A DNA stretch of 64,000 bases from a virus (Duplodnaviria > Caudoviricetes): the IMG/VR virus record IMGVR_UViG_3300050343_000159. One strand, given 5' to 3'. The notes below the pieces were generated by a model that did not search any database, was not told the DNA's origin, and was given only the letters and a program-made list of their open reading frames with translations. Positions 61,139 to 64,000 of this stretch are shown piece after piece. The translations under genes were made by a program, and so were the position numbers. The number at the start of each line of letters is the position of its first letter. The first letter of the stretch is position 1.

Positions 61139-61325
61139 TATGGCACATGAGGTATTGAAGAGATCTTTGGAGTGGTGGTATGAGAAACCCATCTATCTAC
61201 ATCCTTTACCTATGAATGAACAAGTTAAGAATGTAAGAAAGGTATATGGTAAGACTCAGTACCCTTCAACAGAAGATAGAGCTACAGAATATATCTGGAC
61301 TGGTGATGGGGATTGGCACCGATAA
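61139..61325 (+). CDS. Hypothetical protein (start uncertain)
   Basis: Open frame downstream of nrdB; first ATG at 61139. Confidence 0.4.
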
Positions 61326-61348
61326 ATACCCCCAGTTGAATACATTAT

Positions 61349-61777
61349 GTGTGTGACTACGAGAACCCCTGGACCTTTCTGGAGAGACCTTTTACTAGTG
61401 ATGATGTTCACGACTTTTTTGGGTTTGTGTATCTCATTACCAATCTCACAAACCAACGACTCTACATTGGGAGAAAAGTTTTTTGGTTCCACAGAAAACC
61501 TCCTGGAAAGAAAAGAAGAGTAAAGAAGGAGTCAGATTGGAAAGTGTACTATGGTTCCTCTGATGAACTGAAGGCGGATGTTAAACTTCTTGGAACTCAT
61601 ATGTTTCGTAGGGAGATTCTTTCACTGCACAAAACCAAAGGTAAGACAAACTTTGCTGAGACTGAGGCATTATTCAAGAACAATGTTCTCACAGAATCTA
61701 TGCCTGATGGTACTCCCAAATACTACAACTCCAACATTATGAATCGTTATTATCGCAAGGATTACTTTGAGATTTGA
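61349..61777 (+). CDS. GIY-YIG family nuclease-like protein
   Basis: GFVYLITNLTNQRLYIGRK; YYGSS; REIL; YYNSNI. Confidence 0.8.
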   Translation: MCDYENPWTFLERPFTSDDVHDFFGFVYLITNLTNQRLYIGRKVFWFHRKPPGKKRRVKKESDWKVYYGSSDELKADVKLLGTHMFRREILSLHKTKGKTNFAETEALFKNNVLTESMPDGTPKYYNSNIMNRYYRKDYFEI

Positions 61778-61802
61778 CTGAGATACATAATACTACTATA
61801 AT
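61774..61802 (+). promoter_or_regulatory. Sigma70 promoter
   Basis: TTGACT-17 nt-TATAAT. Confidence 0.7.
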
Positions 61803-61824
61803 ATTTAAGATTTTTATTTGACTC

Positions 61825-62418
61825 ATGAAGAAACTATTAACACCTTTACTAGCAACACTGTTGGTAGGATGTCAACAAGCCTCAACAGGAGCCAACTTGC
61901 CAGTTGATGTCACTGAAGACAATAACACAGCTGTACCTATTGAAGTTGTTCCACCAATCAAATGGACCTGTCCAACATGTACAGACAATGAAAAATATGT
62001 CCTCAAACAACTACAAGAAAAAACAAGAATCACAGATCGAAATGCCTTGGCAACGATCATGGGTAATATTAAACAAGAAAGTAAGTTCTATTCCAACATT
62101 TGCGAGGGAGGGACTAGAGTTCCTTACTCTGATTGTCATTGGGGTGGGTACGGACTCATTCAGTGGACCTCTACACAGCGTCATCTGGGGTTAGGATATT
62201 TCGCTAAAAAGTATGGATGTGATCCTAGCACTCTTGAGTGTCAGACACGTTATATGATTAACGAAAATATATTCCAACGGTACCTTCCTGAGTTTGAAGG
62301 TGGTGGACAAAGTATTGCTCAGTATATGGTTCCTTCCTACTACTGGTTAGGGTGGGGAATTAAGGGATCAAGAGAGACATATAGTCATCAATACAGATCA
62401 AAGCTAGTGAAGCCTTGA
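61825..62418 (+). CDS. Phage tail-lysozyme-like cell wall hydrolase with lipoprotein signal
   Basis: LLVGC lipobox; IMGNIKQES; GYGLIQWT. Confidence 0.75.
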   Translation: MKKLLTPLLATLLVGCQQASTGANLPVDVTEDNNTAVPIEVVPPIKWTCPTCTDNEKYVLKQLQEKTRITDRNALATIMGNIKQESKFYSNICEGGTRVPYSDCHWGGYGLIQWTSTQRHLGLGYFAKKYGCDPSTLECQTRYMINENIFQRYLPEFEGGGQSIAQYMVPSYYWLGWGIKGSRETYSHQYRSKLVKP

Positions 62419-62443
62419 CAAGGGTAGGAACACCCTCTATAAT
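62415..62443 (+). promoter_or_regulatory. Perfect sigma70 promoter for the ncRNA/tRNA operon
   Basis: TTGACA-17 nt-TATAAT. Confidence 0.88.
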
Positions 62444-62449
62444 ATAAGG

Positions 62450-62511
62450 GTTGAGAGATCAACTGCGGTGACCCCCTTGGTAGTTCAGGGTTAGCGGCGA
62501 TAGGAACTACC
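62450..62511 (+). ncRNA. Candidate structured RNA (GNRA hairpin plus pseudoknot) leading the tRNA cluster
   Basis: GTTGA-GAGA-TCAAC; CTGC..TGACCC/GGGTTA-GCGG; GGTAGTTC/GAACTACC. Confidence 0.5.
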
Positions 62512-62515
62512 TCTT

Positions 62516-62588
62516 GGGTCAGTAGCTCAGTGGATAGAGCATCGCACTTCTAATGCGTTGGTCGGGGGTTCGAGTCCCTCCTGACCCG
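62516..62588 (+). tRNA. tRNA-Arg(TCT)
   Basis: GGGTCAG/CTGACCC acceptor stem, loop CTTCTAA, GTTCGA T-loop. Confidence 0.93.
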
Positions 62589-62592
62589 CCTC

Positions 62593-62666
62593 GCGGAATT
62601 AGTTTAGAGGCAAAACTAAAGGTTTCCAACCTTTCGTCACCGGTTCGATTCCGGTATTCCGCTCCA
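62593..62666 (+). tRNA. tRNA-Gly(TCC)
   Basis: GCGGAAT/ATTCCGC acceptor stem, AAAGG-TTTCCAA-CCTTT, encoded CCA. Confidence 0.92.
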
Positions 62667-62667
62667 A

Positions 62668-62739
62668 TCCTCTATAGCTCAGTTGGTAGAGCTCGTGACT
62701 GTTAATTTCGCTGTCCTAGGTTCGAGTCCTAGTGGGGAG
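62668..62739 (+). tRNA. tRNA-Asn(GTT)
   Basis: Loop CTGTTAA; CTAGG-TTCGAGT-CCTAG T-arm; acceptor one G short and anticodon-stem mismatch (probable read errors). Confidence 0.8.
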
Positions 62740-62742
62740 TTA

Positions 62743-62814
62743 GCTCGAATAGCTCAGCGGTAGAGCACCTCCTTTACACGGAGATTGTCGGGGGTTCGAT
62801 CCCCTCTTCGAGCA
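62743..62814 (+). tRNA. tRNA-Val(TAC)
   Basis: GCTCGAA/TTCGAGC acceptor stem, loop TTTACAC. Confidence 0.92.
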
Positions 62815-62829
62815 TTTGTATTTTCTATC

Positions 62830-62988
62830 ATGCAACGATTGCCAGAGATCAAACCCGAACATTATGTTACTGAGAAACAGTGTCAGGAAATGATCGATAA
62901 AGCCATCGATAAACATAACAAAACAGCAACACTTATCAGTGCAAGTATCGGTCAGTGTTGTTGTTTTTCTATGCACAAGGGTTGCTAA
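62830..62988 (+). CDS. Small hypothetical protein (3' end probably frameshifted)
   Basis: MQRLPEIKPEHYVTEKQCQEMIDKAIDKHNK. Confidence 0.45.
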   Translation: MQRLPEIKPEHYVTEKQCQEMIDKAIDKHNKTATLISASIGQCCCFSMHKGC

Positions 62989-63044
62989 TTGTAATCGGTT
63001 TGTGGAAATAATATTGTAATAAATAAACCAACTACAACAGACTG

Positions 63045-63215
63045 ATGGAAGTTTTTTCTGTAGAAGAATTTCAAGAACGATGGGACGAACTAATAACTAG
63101 AGTGGAAAAGGGGGAGACGTTAGGAGTAGTGAATGAGAACGGGAATGCAGCTGTGATGGTTCCAGTTGATGATCCAGTATACAAGATGTATTGTGATCAC
63201 AACGAGGCCAGTTAA
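63045..63215 (+). CDS. 56-aa protein resembling a Phd/YefM antitoxin DNA-binding domain
   Basis: MEVFSVEEFQERWDELITRVEKGETLGVVNENGNAAVMVP; TAAATA upstream. Confidence 0.6.
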   Translation: MEVFSVEEFQERWDELITRVEKGETLGVVNENGNAAVMVPVDDPVYKMYCDHNEAS

Positions 63216-63283
63216 GTAACTGACCACTCACTTAACCCGACGGGGTTCGTTCCACTATAATATAAAAGTAATCAAACAGAACA

Positions 63284-63499
63284 ATGACTGTTACTTCGAA
63301 GTTTAAAAAGGATCTTCCTACTCTTCGCTCTGCTGCGAATGGTGAATTCTACCTTGATGTAAAGAATCCGAAACTTTTCAAAAAGGTTCGTAAGTACTAC
63401 GAGAACGATGGTGTTGAATTCTCAGGTGATCCACTGGATGACTATGATATTTTGATCGATTGTTTGAATGAAGACCTTGAAGTTGTTGAGGTTGGTTGA
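63284..63499 (+). CDS. Conserved cyanophage hypothetical protein
   Basis: KFKKDLPTLRSAANGEFYLDVKNPKL. Confidence 0.7.
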   Translation: MTVTSKFKKDLPTLRSAANGEFYLDVKNPKLFKKVRKYYENDGVEFSGDPLDDYDILIDCLNEDLEVVEVG

Positions 63500-63904
63500 T
63501 GAAAGTTCTTAACGAACGTTTTCCCTATCGTTATGTTGAGTGTGGAACCCTAGAGAATGGGTTCCCTCTTTCGCATTCAGAAAGCCGACAGTTACACAAA
63601 ACGATATCGTGATATGTACCTCTGTGATAATGGAATGCAAATAGCATTGGCCATGGAAGATTTTGACTACACTAAATGGTTAGACCCTGAAGGCCTTTTA
63701 GGTTTGTTGAAAAGGGTATATTGAATCAATGGTAAACCTGATTATAGATTACAGGAGCAAGACTACTACAATCGTAGATGGTTTGATGTTTACCTGTTCG
63801 ACAACCAGGAACAATGTCTTTTAGCAATGGAAGATGTTGAGTATCCTAAGTGGTTGACAGGTAAACCCTGCTATATCAAAGACTCGGTAAGTCGTGTAAA
63901 CTAG
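63499..63904 (+). CDS. Two tandem paralogous small hypothetical genes (frameshifted, junction garbled)
   Basis: RYVECGTL...YLCDN.MQ..LAMEDFDYTKWL and RFVEKGIL...YLFDNQEQCLLAMEDVEYPKWL. Confidence 0.45.
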
Positions 63905-63977
63905 CCCTGGTCGGGATTTGAGACTTAGTTATTACTCAACAATAAAAATAACTTGGCGCGGCATGTGTAACCCCATC

Positions 63978-64000
63978 AAAGAGACCTTCGGGTCTCTTTT
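63978..64000 (+). terminator. Intrinsic terminator, UUCG loop
   Basis: AAAGAGACC-TTCG-GGTCTCTTTT. Confidence 0.85.

Noticed and set aside
62668-62739. Aberrant or pseudo tRNA-Asn
   Set aside because: The missing G lies in a G-run and the single stem mismatch fits the error rate seen elsewhere; D- and T-arms are canonical.
1-64000. All minus-strand ORFs and short nested plus-strand ORFs in the track
   Set aside because: They are shadows of strongly conserved + strand T4-like genes, with no RBS or promoter support and no recognisable motifs.
1-64000. CRISPR array, IS element or integrase
   Set aside because: No regularly spaced repeats, transposase or recombinase motifs seen. The Cas9-like HNH has no accompanying RuvC motifs or array.

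Overview
A 64-kb slice of a T4-like (Kyanoviridae-type) marine cyanomyovirus genome, with essentially all genes on the + strand. In order it carries: neck/fibre-like structural genes; the g17-g23 terminase, tail and head block; g3-uvsY-uvsW-g55-g47-g46; a vWA/AAA (CobT/CobS-like) pair; the g45-g44-g62-regA-hsp20-g43-uvsX-g41-mazG replication block; a cluster of probable internal head proteins; g61-nrdA-nrdB; a lysozyme-like gene; and four tRNAs (Arg, Gly, Asn, Val). Host-like genes include purC, purM, purS, hsp20, mazG, a 2OG-Fe(II) oxygenase and a second, sigma70-type sigma factor. Many genes are broken by single-base homopolymer indels or short insertions that look like pyrosequencing/assembly errors rather than biology. 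The main observations are: (1) DNA polymerase g43 is split in the fingers domain into two genes separated by two hypothetical genes, purM and purS, with no intein; (2) two small proteins carry a near copy of the gp23 N-arm motif; (3) a putative phage R-M cassette with its own promoter; (4) a Cas9-like HNH protein that shares an N-terminal module with the cytidyltransferase-like protein; (5) a secreted His-rich peptide between g44 and g62; (6) two compact pseudoknot RNA candidates. Family assignments come from motif recognition only; no database search was run.
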